A stretch of 63,674 bases of DNA, counting the filler, from Octopus bimaculoides (taxonomy: Eukaryota), in the NCBI RefSeq assembly GCF_001194135.2. It is 5 parts of 5 records of this genome, joined end to end, with 100 filler letters (N's around TTAATTAATTAA, not from the genome) between each part and the next. Parts side by side here need not be neighbours in the genome. Positions count along the whole stretch, not along the records: positions 44,318 to 60,358 come from NC_069003.1; positions 60,459 to 63,674 come from NW_026381404.1; 3 more parts are not named here. One strand, given 5' to 3'. Of the stretch, positions 51,191 to 63,674 are shown in pieces (the first letter of the stretch is position 1; each line of letters begins with the position of its first letter). The notes under the pieces are model-generated. The model saw only the letters and a list, made by a program, of their open reading frames with translations. It was not told the DNA's origin and did no database searches. A program made the translations under genes and the position numbers.

Positions 51191-52805
51191 CTGGAAAAAA
51201 AAATAATAAATAGAGAAAAATGGCATTGGAGGGGTGAGGCATACCCTGCACTCACACAAGGATAAAATTAAAATTTAATTTAATAAATATATTCCCAGAC
51301 GAGTTATTTTCCCTGCTTATCCTTTATGCATATGTAACAAAGAAAAAAAAAACATTTTGATTCACCCATCAGCCAGTTTTGAAAATAATCAAACCAAAAT
51401 TTAATGAGTGAGTCACTCGCCCAATGAGTATTTCTGCCAAATTTGGGGAAAATCCATTCAGCCATTTCCCAATAATTTTGCAAACTCACAGACAAAGATG
51501 AGTGACTAATACCCTGCATTCGCTTACACACACAGTGATAAAATAACTAGTTTTCTTTAGGATTTACCACATTTGCTAGCATACAAGATGTAGCCCTATT
51601 TTACAAGGCTATTTCGTGACAAAACACAAAGTGTCCATATTCCATCATACACCAATTGGAAAATATTTTTTTCAAGTGGCTCCTTAGGAAAAAATATGCA
51701 ACTGTACATTAAAAAACAATGTTCTGATAGTATACTGGAACAACAAAGTACATAGCTATAAATTTACCATATAGAAACTATGTTACTCAAGTATCAGGTT
51801 TCAACTTTATCTTTCAGAACATCTGTAGAGTTGTATATATTTTGGGCAAGAGAAATGTTGGCTTTAATGCTTTGTGTAATTGTGATCGGCCACCAGAGTG
51901 GAGCACCGCTGCTGTGGTTTTATCATCCACATATTGCAAATAGCCGACAAGCAGATGGAAGTTTAACATTCTTTTCATCCTTCTAGGAGAATTTTTATTT
52001 ATGTAATTTAAAGAAATGTTTCTTAAAGGTAACACAGTCATTAAACAATGTAAGACACATATCAGAATTGGTTTATGTATGTGAAGAGGTAGGAGGTAAA
52101 ATGAAGTGATCTGGCCTCCTCACTTATCTGCAATGTAGTCTAAGGAATTTTAGTTAAGCTTCTGCCAACAGACTGTGATAATATGGCATGTTTCTAATAA
52201 ATCATTATTATTATTAAGACAGCGAGCTGGCAAAATCATTAGCACACCAGGTGAAATGCTTAGCGGCATTTCATCTGTCTTCACATTCTGAGTTCAAATG
52301 CCACTGGGGACAACTTTCCCTTTCATCCGTCCCAGGTCGATAAACTAAGTACCAATTGAACACTGGGATCAATGTAATTGACTCACCCCCTCCCCTAAGA
52401 TTTCAGGCTTAGTGCCTATAGCAGAAAGGAATATTATTATTATTGTTGTTCCTAGTGGACTTATACTTATCCAGCTCCTAGGCCTACGGCAGTTGGTCTC
52501 CCATCTGTAATGCTGTCACATTAGATGGCAGGTAGTTTTTTTAATACATTTAAAAAAATTTTTTAAAGTATATCTTATACACCAGCAAATATGGCAATTT
52601 TAACCACAAACCCCTTACAATTCTATAAACATGTAAAATGTTTCAAAACTGTTAACACTTTATCCTATATTTGGACAAGAGTGAATAGAACTCCAGTAGA
52701 TTTACAACTTTCCTAAAGAACATTCTACAGTAAAATAGAACTTATTTCAATTGCTAGTAGAACAGTAAACTGTAATTTTAAATACTGAATAACCCAACTA
52801 CTTAC

Positions 52806-52940
52806 CGGGATCCATGTTGATCTTGTGAAAATTCTACAACATGATTGGCAAGATCTTTGAGGAGGAGATTTGGAATTCTGTTATTTCGGAAGTCCTCCAG
52901 TAAACGACTCCTCCCAGACACTTCTTTGGATAGACTGGCA
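52806..52940 (-). CDS. pum: Pumilio exon (start of PUM-HD)
   Basis: attttag|T ... CG|gtaagt; [45 protein letters not shown]. Confidence 0.97.
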
Positions 52941-53517
52941 CTAAAATATACAAAAGTGGTAATTAGGTTTAAAACAACAGGCCACTAGAAAAACTGATAA
53001 TTAATATACAACTAGCAGATATCAGAAAGGACATAAATACACTAGTCATGGTTCTTATTCTTCAGATGCATCAACAGCATTAACTGAGACTTATCATAAA
53101 TCTTATTGTTCAAATCCATTGTAAATCTTATTGATCAGGTCTGTTATTTTTATTTCAGAATCAGGCATAAAAATGTTAAATTTACTATGAAAACTTTCCA
53201 CAATGTTATATTTTTCTTTAAGAGGCAAATGTAATTCTAATAAAATGGATTAGCATTTTAGCATTCAAACTGACCATATCTGGCCCAACTACTTTTTTTG
53301 TTGGGGGAGGGTCAAACCAGGTAGGTTCAACCTCTTACTTCTACCCTACATTATCATTCTAATAAACTATATTATTGAAATCTCAAAGCTACGTGATAAT
53401 TCATGATTAATTCAAAACAATGTGAATAAATAAGTATTAAATTTGACAGAGTCATGTAAATGCTAAAGGGCTGAATTTGAAGCTTATTAAGTAGGAATAG
53501 AGAAAAAACACAATTAC

Positions 53518-53665
53518 CTCCTGTGTGTGCGATTGAATAATGCGCCACCAGTGAGAAGTCCACCACTACCACCGCCGCCACCACCACCAGGGGGCAGGGG
53601 GCCATTACGAAATCTAGTTTCAGCACCAGGAGCAGCAGAAACCAATCTGCCTGTATTACCCAACC
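53518..53665 (-). CDS. pum: Pumilio exon
   Basis: ttacag|GG ... AG|gtaatt; LGNTGRLVSAAPGAETRFR (conserved SAAPGAE motif), phase 1 to 2. Confidence 0.92.
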
Positions 53666-53769
53666 CTGTAAAAGCAAAGTGGTTTTTTTTTTCAGTCAAT
53701 AAGTTTACCAATAATGAAAAATAAAACAAAGCTCAACATTATGATTCAAGTAAGGTTTTCCATACTAAC

Positions 53770-53961
53770 CTATTGACAGATTTGATGTGGAACCTGACAA
53801 GGAAGGTGGAGGTGTGACTGACTGACCTGGTTGTACAAGACCCATTGGTCCAGCTGGAGCACCAGACATACCACCAATGGGATTGTAATACTGGTTAAAC
53901 AGCACCGATGTTGGCTGTTGTCTTTTAAAATCTAATGAATCACGACGTTGGTTATTTAACC
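53770..53961 (-). CDS. pum: Pumilio exon
   Basis: catcag|GG ... G|gttagt; LNNQRRDSL..GPMGLVQPGQSVTPPPSLS, phase 1 to 1. Confidence 0.92.
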
Positions 53962-54064
53962 CTGATGAAGAAAAAAAAAAAACAAAGGCAACATGTCAGA
54001 GAAGTTCAACGAAGGAATACTAGCAAGTCTGTAAAATGATCCAGAAGATATCACTTCTACTTAC

Positions 54065-54223
54065 CAGAACCAATTGCTCCAGGGGCAGAGCCACCAAGAC
54101 TAGCAGCCGGCCCATTGTAGTTGTTTTGCTGTTGTGGTGTAAGCCCCAGGTTGGCACTAATGGGTGTGAATAGACTTGATGTAACTTGAGTGTAACCAGG
54201 CAGAGTACTTGACGGGGTGTATC
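54065..54223 (-). CDS. pum: Pumilio exon (low-complexity N-terminal region)
   Basis: ctctcag|GA ... G|gtaagt; YTPSSTLPGYTQVTSSLFTPISANLG.., 159 nt, phase 1 to 1. Confidence 0.85.
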
Positions 54224-55434
54224 CTGAGAGAGAGACAAATTAAAAAGGTATTAAAAAAAATCCAAAAGGAAAAGATTACAATTGAGTTTTTCTTTCAAAC
54301 ATTCTATAAATTACTTGTCTACACAAGCATCATAATATACGACACATATCAGGAGTGGGTTATGCATGTGGAGGAAAACTGATAATTTGGCTGGTTTTCA
54401 ATATTTTATGAATTATTGTGCTTTGTGGAGTTATGTTTATCCAGCTCTGTAGCTTGTGGTACTTGCTCTCCCATCAATAATGCAGTCACATTAGAAGCAG
54501 GACATTTTGAGAAATGTTCCACAAGCACGGCTGTGTGGTTAAGGAGCTTCCTTCCCAATCATATGGCCTCGGGTTCAATCCCACTGCACACACCCTTGGG
54601 CAAGTGTCTCCTACTGTATGTAGCCTCAGGCCAACCGATGATTTTTAAGTGGATTTGGTAGATGGAAACTGAAAGAAGCCAATTCTATATATAGATATGT
54701 CTATGTGTGTGCATCCTTGCTTTGATATTCAGTATCTGTTTACAATTTTCTCTGAGAACAGGCTTGGTCATTCAAGGGCAAAATATTACCTTACTTGGAA
54801 ATGGGTGAGAGTTCACGACATTATAGGATAGGTGTGAGGCCATATCTGGTCACTTAGAACATAAAAATTGAATAATAGGCCGGATGAGGTTGTTTTAACT
54901 CTTAGCATTTTAAACCAGCCATATCCAGCCAAAATATTTTGTTTTATGTTCAAATGGACTAGATCTGGCCTCTCACACCTAGCCTTGCAATGTCATTTTA
55001 AAAATAAACAAATACATCCTTGAAATCTCAAGGCTATAGAATAATGCATAATAAATTCAAATCAAATCATCATCTAACATCTGTTTCCCGTGTTGGCATG
55101 GACTGGACAATTTGACAGGAGGTGCACCAGGATCCAATCGTCTGCTTTGGATTGGTTTCTACAGCTGGGTGCCCCTCCGAACACAAACCCCTTTACAGAG
55201 TGTACTGGGTGTTTTTTTTTTTTAAATTGGTACCAGCACTGACAGGACCACCAAGTAACTTGTCAAAACAAAGACACCTCACTTGGGAGGAGGAGGAGGG
55301 CGCAATAGGGAAGGAGGAGGGCTTTGTGCCGGTTGATGTGCTTGAGAGATTAGAGGTATAGAGGGACATGCATTACCTTTGACAGAGTCATCTAAATGTT
55401 AAAGGATGAAATTCTAAAGGGTTAAAGTACTCAC

Positions 55435-55578
55435 CACTTCCACCAAGGGTATTGTTTTGCTGAGGTGTGGCACTGTTGCTAGAGTTGTTACTAGAATAAA
55501 TGACAGGAGGAGTCTGAGCCTGTTGGGCTTGTGTGGTCAACAGTCGTAATTGGTTATTGCTGATTGAATTAGCATTAC
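55435..55578 (-). CDS. pum: Pumilio exon (N/Q/S-rich)
   Basis: atttag|GT ... G|gtgagt; NANSISNNQLRLLTTQAQQAQTPPVIY.., 144 nt, phase 1 to 1. Confidence 0.85.
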
Positions 55579-56555
55579 CTAAATTATAATGAGAGATTCA
55601 ACAGGTTATTCATGGTTACAATATAAAATAGATTTCATATAAAGAAATAAGTTGATCAGATTTATAAAACATTTCACATGAGGGAATAGGTTGATCTGTG
55701 AGGAGATTAGGTCACCACATTATATATTTCATATGAAGGAAATGAAACTCTTGATCCGGAAACTTCACTGAACAATGTCATCTACCTGCAGTTATGCTAC
55801 CACAACATAAACCTGGTGAAATGATCTGAATCCCATTAATTAACAGGTTTAATTATATCATTTTAATATTACGTAATTATTTCTAATATTTCAACAATAC
55901 ATCACTGTTTGTAACATTTCAAGAAAAATTAATATCGTGATTAATTAATAGCATTCATCTACACAGAAAGGTGTAATCCAGTTCATAGGAAAGGATAAGT
56001 ATTTTTATACTGTCATCTTAATTGAAGCATTAAGCCTTTCATTACCATATTTTCCAGCATTACAAGTCAAATTTCGCAGATAAAAAAATCTAAAGCCAAG
56101 AAAGATAGACCAACTTATAAACCAACAAAACTTTGAAGGACCAAACATTCCATGTGAAACGCAACAAGATTTGGAAAGCTAGTAACGATGTTTATATTTA
56201 TTTTCACTTTGTTTTTTAAATTACAAAATTCTACCTAGTCAACACTTTGTCTATTCAGATAAATTAATGGCAATCTTATCACTTTAGAAACCTCTTGCCA
56301 TGACCATGTCAGGATGGAATATCAGCTCAAAACCCATTTTGTCATACCTATGAGTTTTGTAACACAGTAGAACACACTACTGCAATTGGCTAAAGTGGTC
56401 AATTTGGTTCTAAGTATATATGTGGTGGAAATATTAACCCTTCAGGTGATTATCCAATGATCTTCAGCCACTTATTATCCAGTACAACAAGCATGCAAAT
56501 TACTTGTAAATAGAAACAAGAAGATTAAAATATAATAGATTTAATCAACACCTAC

Positions 56556-56696
56556 CTTGCTGATTACCTGTATTCACCAAAACTGGAGCAGGTGAAACCA
56601 ACCTGACAGGTGTACCGATCCCTCGAGGATTACCCATCACTAGCTGTCCATTTTGATCATAATATGCAGTAGCCAAGAATTGGTAACCTGGAGCAT
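56556..56696 (-). CDS. pum: Pumilio exon (conserved AYYDQ/PVRLV motif)
   Basis: attcag|AT ... G|gtaggt; APGYQFLATAYYDQNGQLVMGNPRGIGTPVRLVSPAPVLV. Confidence 0.92.
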
Positions 56697-56911
56697 CTGA
56701 ATAGTTTGAAGTACAAAGAATGAAAGCAGAAAATAAGTATACAGAAGTTTCAAAACAGATCTCCAAAGTATAACATTTACATTCCATACAGTCATACAGA
56801 CTTGCTCTATAACATAGACAGTATAACATTTATACCCCAAAGCCTCACAGACTTGCTATATAATAGAGTCAGTATAACATACTCCATACAGTCACAAGAG
56901 ATTTGCTATAT

Positions 56912-57330
56912 CATCATCAGCATCATTGTTTAACGTCCACCTTCCATGCTAGCATGGTTTGGACGATTTGACTGAGGACCGGTGAACCAGATGGCTACAC
57001 CAGGCTCCAATCTGATTTGGCAGAGTTTCTACAGCTGGATGCCCTTCCTAACGCCAACCACTCCGAGAGTGTAGTGGGTGCTTTTTACGTGCCACCAGCA
57101 CGAAGGCCAGTCAAGAGGTACTGGCAACGGCCACGCTCGAAATGGTGTATTTTACGTGCCACCTGCACAGGAACCAGTCCAGCGGTACTGGCAACGAACT
57201 CACTCGAACGTCTTTTCACGTGCCAGGAGGGCGACGTTGGTAACAATCACGCTCAAATGGTGCTATTTACATGCCCCTGGCACGGAAGCCAGACAGCTGG
57301 TGCTCTGACAACGATCAAACAGAGTCACAT
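56912..57330 (-). mobile_element. RTE 3'-UTR/tail repeat with about four hairpin modules
   Basis: Reverse complement of the family at 45696-46097. Confidence 0.7.
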
Positions 57331-57447
57331 GAGATTTACTATATAAGATAGACAGTATAACATTTACACTCCATATAGTCACGCACAAAACATTTTCCTC
57401 CCAATTAAATATTCTCCCGATATAACACAAAGTCCTTTGGATCTTAC

Positions 57448-57699
57448 TTGGAGTCTGTAATGCTTGTGCTTGAAGAGCAGATGCAGGTATATTTTCACTT
57501 TGTTGTTGAGGAGTAACAGGTCGTCCGGACTGACCGCGCAATAGTTGTTGTTGTTGTTGCTGCTGACTGAGTGCAGCAGCGGCGGCGGCGGACTGTGCAG
57601 CAGCTCCAGGATGGGGCTGTTGCCCTTGCTGAATCAAATTAGCTGGATATAACCAAGGAGCTTGTACACTGTAGTACTGAGGATGGATGACAGCAGGAC
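57448..57699 (-). CDS. pum: Pumilio exon (Q/A-rich); most 5' confident exon in the window
   Basis: gttcag|GT ... A|gtaaga; PAVIHPQYYSVQAPWLYPANLIQQ..RPVTPQQQ, homologous to PUM 'GPAVVPxQYYG..PWGVYPA'. Confidence 0.92.
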
Positions 57700-58216
57700 C
57701 TGAACAAAACCACAGAACAAATACATCGAAGACATCTTTTTTCAACGTGTGAAAGTTGTTTTTCTTAATATTTACCTAGAGTTTCAGTTATTTAAGTGAT
57801 ACTAACATTTAATTTAACAAAGTATATTTACATATACACACACACACACACACACATACAGTAGAAGTTATGGAAAAGGTAAGCTACAGGCTGGTTATAT
57901 AATTTCCTGCCTATTTCCTTGTTCTCATATAACAGCAGAGTATATTTTTTTTAATTTTAGACTTTTTAAAATTTTAGACCTTATAATATTCATGCTCAAT
58001 TACGCATAAATTTTTATATGCATTTATATTCACATGTATCTTTATCTACATTCATATTTTTATATATATTTTATATTTATATTTCGTATATCTTAAATTT
58101 TAAATTTATTATATTACCATGTCATATTGGATATATATCTTTCGAAATTTAAATATTAAACATTGATTTCCTGCGAATATTATTGATAATATTATGAATT
58201 TATTAATAATATAAAA

Positions 58217-58250
<34 letters not shown>

Positions 58251-58753
58251 TTGCTCAAAATAATAGAGCACTTAATATAAGTTCAGTTACATTTTCTTTT
58301 AGAATATTCCTTATAAAAGTTATAACAGCAGAGTATATTTTTAAAATATTTTTCAGTGTCCAAAGAAGCATGTTATTCCCATAAAGAAAAACATCAAGCT
58401 ACATTAAAAAAAAAATACAGTCTATCTTTTGAAATATTAGGATTTTATCAAACTACTGAACAAACAAACAAAAAAAATCTAATATTAGACAGGGAGCTTG
58501 GGAACTTTTGCATTTGCACATCTCTAATGAACAGATATATATTAATATTGATATGTAAAAGCAGGTTTTTACAGAGGAGAAAAATTCAAAACAAAACTGC
58601 ACCATTTGTGTACAACACAAATAATTATAATTGCACTGATTTACCTAATTAATGATTTGAAATGCTAAAAAAAAAAAATCTAACAATGCAGCAAATATAC
58701 AGATTTTTCCTTGCTTGAAAATATTTTAAATTCAATTGATAAATTGTCAGTAC

Positions 58754-58822
58754 CTTGTAAGCTGAAGTGCTGGTGTTCAACACCAGAGCTCTCTCTGTGT
58801 GCAGTATATGTGCCTTCAGTAG
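58754..58822 (-). CDS. Candidate 69-nt pumilio exon
   Basis: gatttcag|CT ... AAG|gtactg; open, phase 1 to 1 (TEGTYTAHRESSGVEHQHFSLQ); no homology recognised. Confidence 0.45.
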
Positions 58823-61525
58823 CTGAAATCAAACCAAGCTATCAATCAATACTAGTATTTCACAATACAATTATCTATTTCATATACAATTTCTTTTTAT
58901 AGAAAACTGTGCCATTTTAATTTCTCGACCACAATTTAATATGAAAACTGAGAAGTTTTTAATATTGTATTTGATCACAATGTGTCATAGAAATTTAAAT
59001 GTTTATTTAAACAATTTATAAACAAAAATGACAGTTAAATATATAGTGTAGTAGTTCCAACAGTGCCAGTCCCTTCAGAAACTTATCAGGGAAATATTAA
59101 ATATTTTGGTTATGTCTCTAAAACAGAAATTATTTAAAGTTCATATAATCCTATTTTTCCCATTTATTTTGGTGATGTATCCGAAACAAAAATTATTTTG
59201 AGTTACTTCATATAATCTATTTTTCCATACATGCATAGTTTATGAAGAAATAAATATATGGAGTCAGAAATTGGCCCAGGGGAACAATTTTGGCAGCTTG
59301 GAATAGGAACTGTTATTTAACAATCCATCAGGGTCCCCATGTTGAGATACTTAGGGAGAGTAGCAGAAAGACTTAAAATGTAAACAAAATATGTGACCAG
59401 ACACATTAATATCATAGCACAAGGATGACGGTCCTTAATTACTACTAGAACCAACACAACATGGGTTATGAACAGTCATATCTATACACTAACCTCCTAA
59501 GTTGCCTTTCATTTAACTTGATAAGCCTATCTTTCAATTATTAACCCTTTAGCATTCACATTATATTCTGTCAAAAGTAATGCTTGTTTATTCATGTAGT
59601 TTTGAATTAATCATGCATTATCTTGTAGCTGATATTTTGATGAGGCAACTTAATTTTTAAAACAATATTGTAGGAAGAGTGTGAGAGGCCAGATCCAGCC
59701 AGTTTGAACATAAAACAGGTGGAATATTTCGGTTGGTTTAAATGACTTTGAAATAATCAGTTCAATCCTCACCAAACGTTGAAAATGCCCTTCTGGGACC
59801 GAATTGAACACAGATAAGACTAAATGCAATACAGATTATCACAACAAATTTATTTACAACCCACTGTATTGGGAAACACTAGGGAGTTCTTTTTTTTTTT
59901 TTTTTTGGTGAGTTGCTCTTCCTACAGTGAGAAATGGAACAGTTGTGTATCTTGCTCCAAAGTACAATTCAATAGTCGGAGCAGCAATTTGACCATGTCG
60001 CTTTAACTGACCATTTGATTAGCTCTCCACAACCTTATACCAAGACAATCCACTTAAAATTTTTAATCCCTTTAAACTTTACTTTTCTACAAGTGAGAGA
60101 GAAGTGCCATTAACACAATTCTGACAGTCCACTTTATTCTTTTCTTTGTTCCATTTCTCCCCGACACAGAATTATCAAGTTTGTTTCTTAATTAGAAACC
60201 AAAGTGTTAATGAAGAAACTAAACTGAAATCAAAATACCCATACACTGTAATGCCTATACCCATAAAACCTCAAACTATCTTATCAATCATATTAAACAC
60301 AATCGCCAACTCAACCAAACACAATAACAGTAGATAATCTAAAAAAAAAAAAAAAAAANNNNNNNNNNNNNNNNNNNNNNNNNNNNNNNNNNNNNNNNNN
60401 NNTTAATTAATTAANNNNNNNNNNNNNNNNNNNNNNNNNNNNNNNNNNNNNNNNNNNNTTCTCGGGGAGATTCAGCGTGACACAGAGTGTAACAAGGCTG
60501 GCCCCCTTGAAATACAGGTGCAACAGAAACAGGAAGAAAGAATGAGAGGAAGTTGTGGTGAAAGAATACAGCAGGTTTCGCCCCCCCCCCGCCCGNNNNN
60601 NNNNNGAAGTTGTGGTGAAAGAATACAGCAGGTTTCGCCCCCCCCCCGCCCGCACGCATACTGATTGTATTCTGTGGCTTTGTGGTCAGAGGTTTGCTTC
60701 TTAAACACATGGTTCCGGGTTCATACACGCCCACACACATATATAAAGAAAGATATAAATACATGAAAATATACCCAGAAAGAAGTGTGACATTCCAATG
60801 GGCTCAATGCTGTTGTTGCTGTTTTTCTCTGCTCAATGACATTTGACCCTTGTCCATCTCGTCTTTTGTATTTTATATTGAAAAAATCTTTTAACACGGA
60901 AATATGCAATATAGAAAACCTGGCTTCTGTTTCTTGTATTTTGTGTGATCACATGGTGATTATTTCATCAACGGACTCACATTGAGGCCAGTCACAAATA
61001 ATCTGCTGCGGGGAATGATCAGGTAAAGGCATTCTGGGATATGAATAGTCAAACGGATATAGAAATATATTATTCACTTCTAGAAAACGTTGTATTCCAT
61101 TCAAAGTATCAAATATATTGTATAATCGATGTTACTGTCACCTTCGAACGGCAAAGAATCTGGAACTGCCGTTAAGCTATCATTGTCCCATTTGTAAGCG
61201 GAACCTTAGTATTTATGACAAGAAGTGTAAACGATTGTTTGAGGATTTGGGATATTGAGGTTGGTTTCCCGATCCTCCAGAAAATCTGTTTTTGTTTTGT
61301 TCAGATGGTCAATATATTGGACATCACTACTTGTGTGGGCTACTTCATTTTATCGCCCCCACCACGAAGGGATGAAAGACAAAGCAGAACATACCAGAAT
61401 TGGAAATTAAAACGGAAAGAACCGGAAGAAACACTACAAGGCATCTTTTATTCCGATGGTCTGATAATAAGGATTTCATTATTGGCCACAAGGGCAAAAT
61501 AATAATAATAATAGTAATAATAATG

Positions 61526-61570
<45 letters not shown>

Positions 61571-63252
61571 TATTTATATNNNNNNNNNNNNNNNNNNNNN
61601 NNNNNNNNNNNNNNNNNNNNNNNNNNNNNNNNNNNNNNNNNNNNNATATATATGCATATATATGCGTCTGTAACTGTCTGTCTGTATTGTATGTGCGTAT
61701 GTGTGTGTGTGTGTGGGTATGTGTGTGCGTGTATATATATATATATATATACTTCTGATTAGGTCGTGGCTACTGAAAACATAGCTGTTTAGGATATTTC
61801 CACATGAAATTCTATATTTAGTTTTATATTCTCTTTTTTCCCCCTCAACAGTTTCCTTGTAAGAACAGTTTGGATCTTGTACCGAAATCAAACACGTTTC
61901 CATGTCATGTCTGCTTTGTATCTTGTGCTTCTCACTCAATGCCGAATGTTTCCTGAATTCATTTCCAATTTACTCAAAAGCTCCATTTCCTATATTTATA
62001 TATATTAATGTTTTAGTCACCGGTGATTCCTATCTTGTTTTCGTAATAAATCTAATTTCATTCTCTCCGTGTTTTCAACGTTCTATTCTAAATGTAGTCA
62101 TTATATTCCTTATATTCTTGTCTCGCTTTGCTAAATCACCTGGCGTCCAGTTGAGAAAATACTATAAACTATAACATACTATAGCAACTGCTGAGATTAT
62201 TTATTAATATTTACCTTCACTTTTGCATTTAGTTCGGTTTAAATTATTAATTTATAGCATCAGTAATATTACTTTCTAATCATTCTTTCATTTGTTGTGT
62301 GTTGCAGATCTGTGGAGGTAATTAAGTATTCGTAGGTCGTGTATGTTAGCGTTATTTCAAATATCTCCGTCGTCATCTAACACATTACAGGCTTATATAT
62401 ATATCTATATATGCGTAGACGTACGAACGGGTGCACGTATATATGCATGAACGCATGTATGTATGCATGTTTGTATGCATGAACGCATGTATGTATATAT
62501 GTATGCATGTATGTATGTATGTATGTATGTATGTATGTATGTANNNNNNNNNNNNNNNNNNNNNNNNNNNNNNNNNNNNNNNNNNNNNNNNNNNNNNNNN
62601 NNNNNNNNNNNNNNNNNNNNNNNNNNNNNNNNNNNNNNNNNNNNNNNNNNNNNNNNNNNNNNNNNNNNNNNNNNNNNNNNNNNNNNNNNNNNNNNNNNNN
62701 NNNNNNNNNNNNNNNNNNNNNNNNNNNNNNNNNNNNNNNNNNNNNNNNNNNNNNNNNNNNNNNNNNNNNNNNNNNNNNNNNNNNNNNNNNNNNNNNNNNN
62801 NNNNNNNNNNNNNNNNNNNNNNNNNNNNNNNNNNNNNNNNNNNNNNNNNNNNNNNNNNNNNNNNNNNNNNNNNNNNNNNNNNNNNNNNNNNNNNNNNNNN
62901 NNNNNNNNNNNNNNNNNNNNNNNNNNNNNNNNNNNNNNNNNNNNNNNNNNNNNNNNNNNNNNNNNNNNNNNNNNNNNNNNNNNNNNNNNNNNNNNNNNNN
63001 NNNNNNNNNNNNNNNNNNNNNNNNNNNNNNNNNNNNNNNNNNNNNNNNNNNNNNNNNNNNNNNNNNNNNNNNNNNNNNNNNNNNNNNNNNNNNNNNNNNN
63101 NNNNNNNNNNNGAGTAACTGCAGATCTCTCAATAGTTCAGCATAGGTGTTCGCTTATTCACTGATCTTCAGCTTTATGTTAACGTCTGCCGGGAAGCTAA
63201 TTGTATGTATGTATGTATGTATGTATGTATGTATGTATGTATGTATGTATGA

Positions 63253-63580
63253 AGTGGAGGCACGTGGCTTTGTGGTTAGGGTTTACAACCCACGCTAATG
63301 AGGTCATGACTTCGAGTCCCGGTAGCACGATGCTTCCTTGAGCAAGACACTTAATTTCACGTTGCTCCAGTCCTCTCGGCTGGCAAAAATGAATTATACC
63401 TGTAATTCAAAGGGTTCGCCTCGTCACAGTCTGTGTCACACTGAATCTCCCTGAGAACTACGTTAAGAGTACACGTGTGTGTGTCGAGTGCTCAGCCACT
63501 TGCACATTAATTCCACGAGCAAGCTGTTCCTTTAATCGGATCAACTGGGACCCTCGTCGACGTAACCGACGGAGTGTCAG
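63253..63580 (+). mobile_element. Near full-length tRNA-derived SINE
   Basis: ggaggcacgtggct..gtggttaggg head, ttcgagtccc B-box, tgctccagtc core. Confidence 0.7.
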
Positions 63581-63674
63581 TTTTATGTATTTTCTGTGCA
63601 TGTGTGAGTTATGTATATATATAGGCGTGTAGAAATACATCTTGTATGCGTGAGTTATATATATATATATATAT

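Noticed and set aside
60547-60651. Direct duplication of ~50 bp across a 10-N gap (similar at ~31100-31290)
   Set aside because: Typical unmerged contig overlap.
60940-61130. Minus-strand 61-codon stop-free stretch (..PFDYSYPRMPLPDHSPQQIICDWPQC..)
   Set aside because: No start codon, splice support or recognised motif; cannot be tied to pumilio.
62377-63164. Long ORFs of over 200 aa
   Set aside because: Mostly N gap.

Overview
AT-rich, microsatellite-dense animal genomic DNA. The repeat families point to an octopod cephalopod (inference). The window is five pieces joined by four 100-bp synthetic gaps (44 N + TTAATTAATTAA + 44 N), so adjacency across them is not proven. Three protein-coding genes are supported by splice-consistent exon chains. 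(1) A two-coding-exon BTB-BACK protein with a MATH/TRAF-like C-terminus (+, 673-4709, 481 aa). (2) The 3' six exons (TM3 to C-terminus) of a strongly divergent adhesion/family-B-type 7TM receptor (-, 29290-19285), mostly missed by the ORF track. (3) Twelve 3' exons of pumilio with all eight PUF repeats (-, 57699-45357), plus a candidate extra 69-nt cassette exon. The rest is transposon debris: mariner, RTE, CR1-like, R4/Dong-like and Penelope-like remnants, tRNA-derived SINEs, piggyBac-like and foldback MITEs. The most notable non-obvious signals are two intact minimal type-I hammerhead ribozymes with compensatory stem-II changes, two decayed ones, a Penelope-like endonuclease with a ~125-codon low-complexity insert between GIY and YIG, and several long inverted repeats. 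No database search was possible; all family assignments are from motif recognition.
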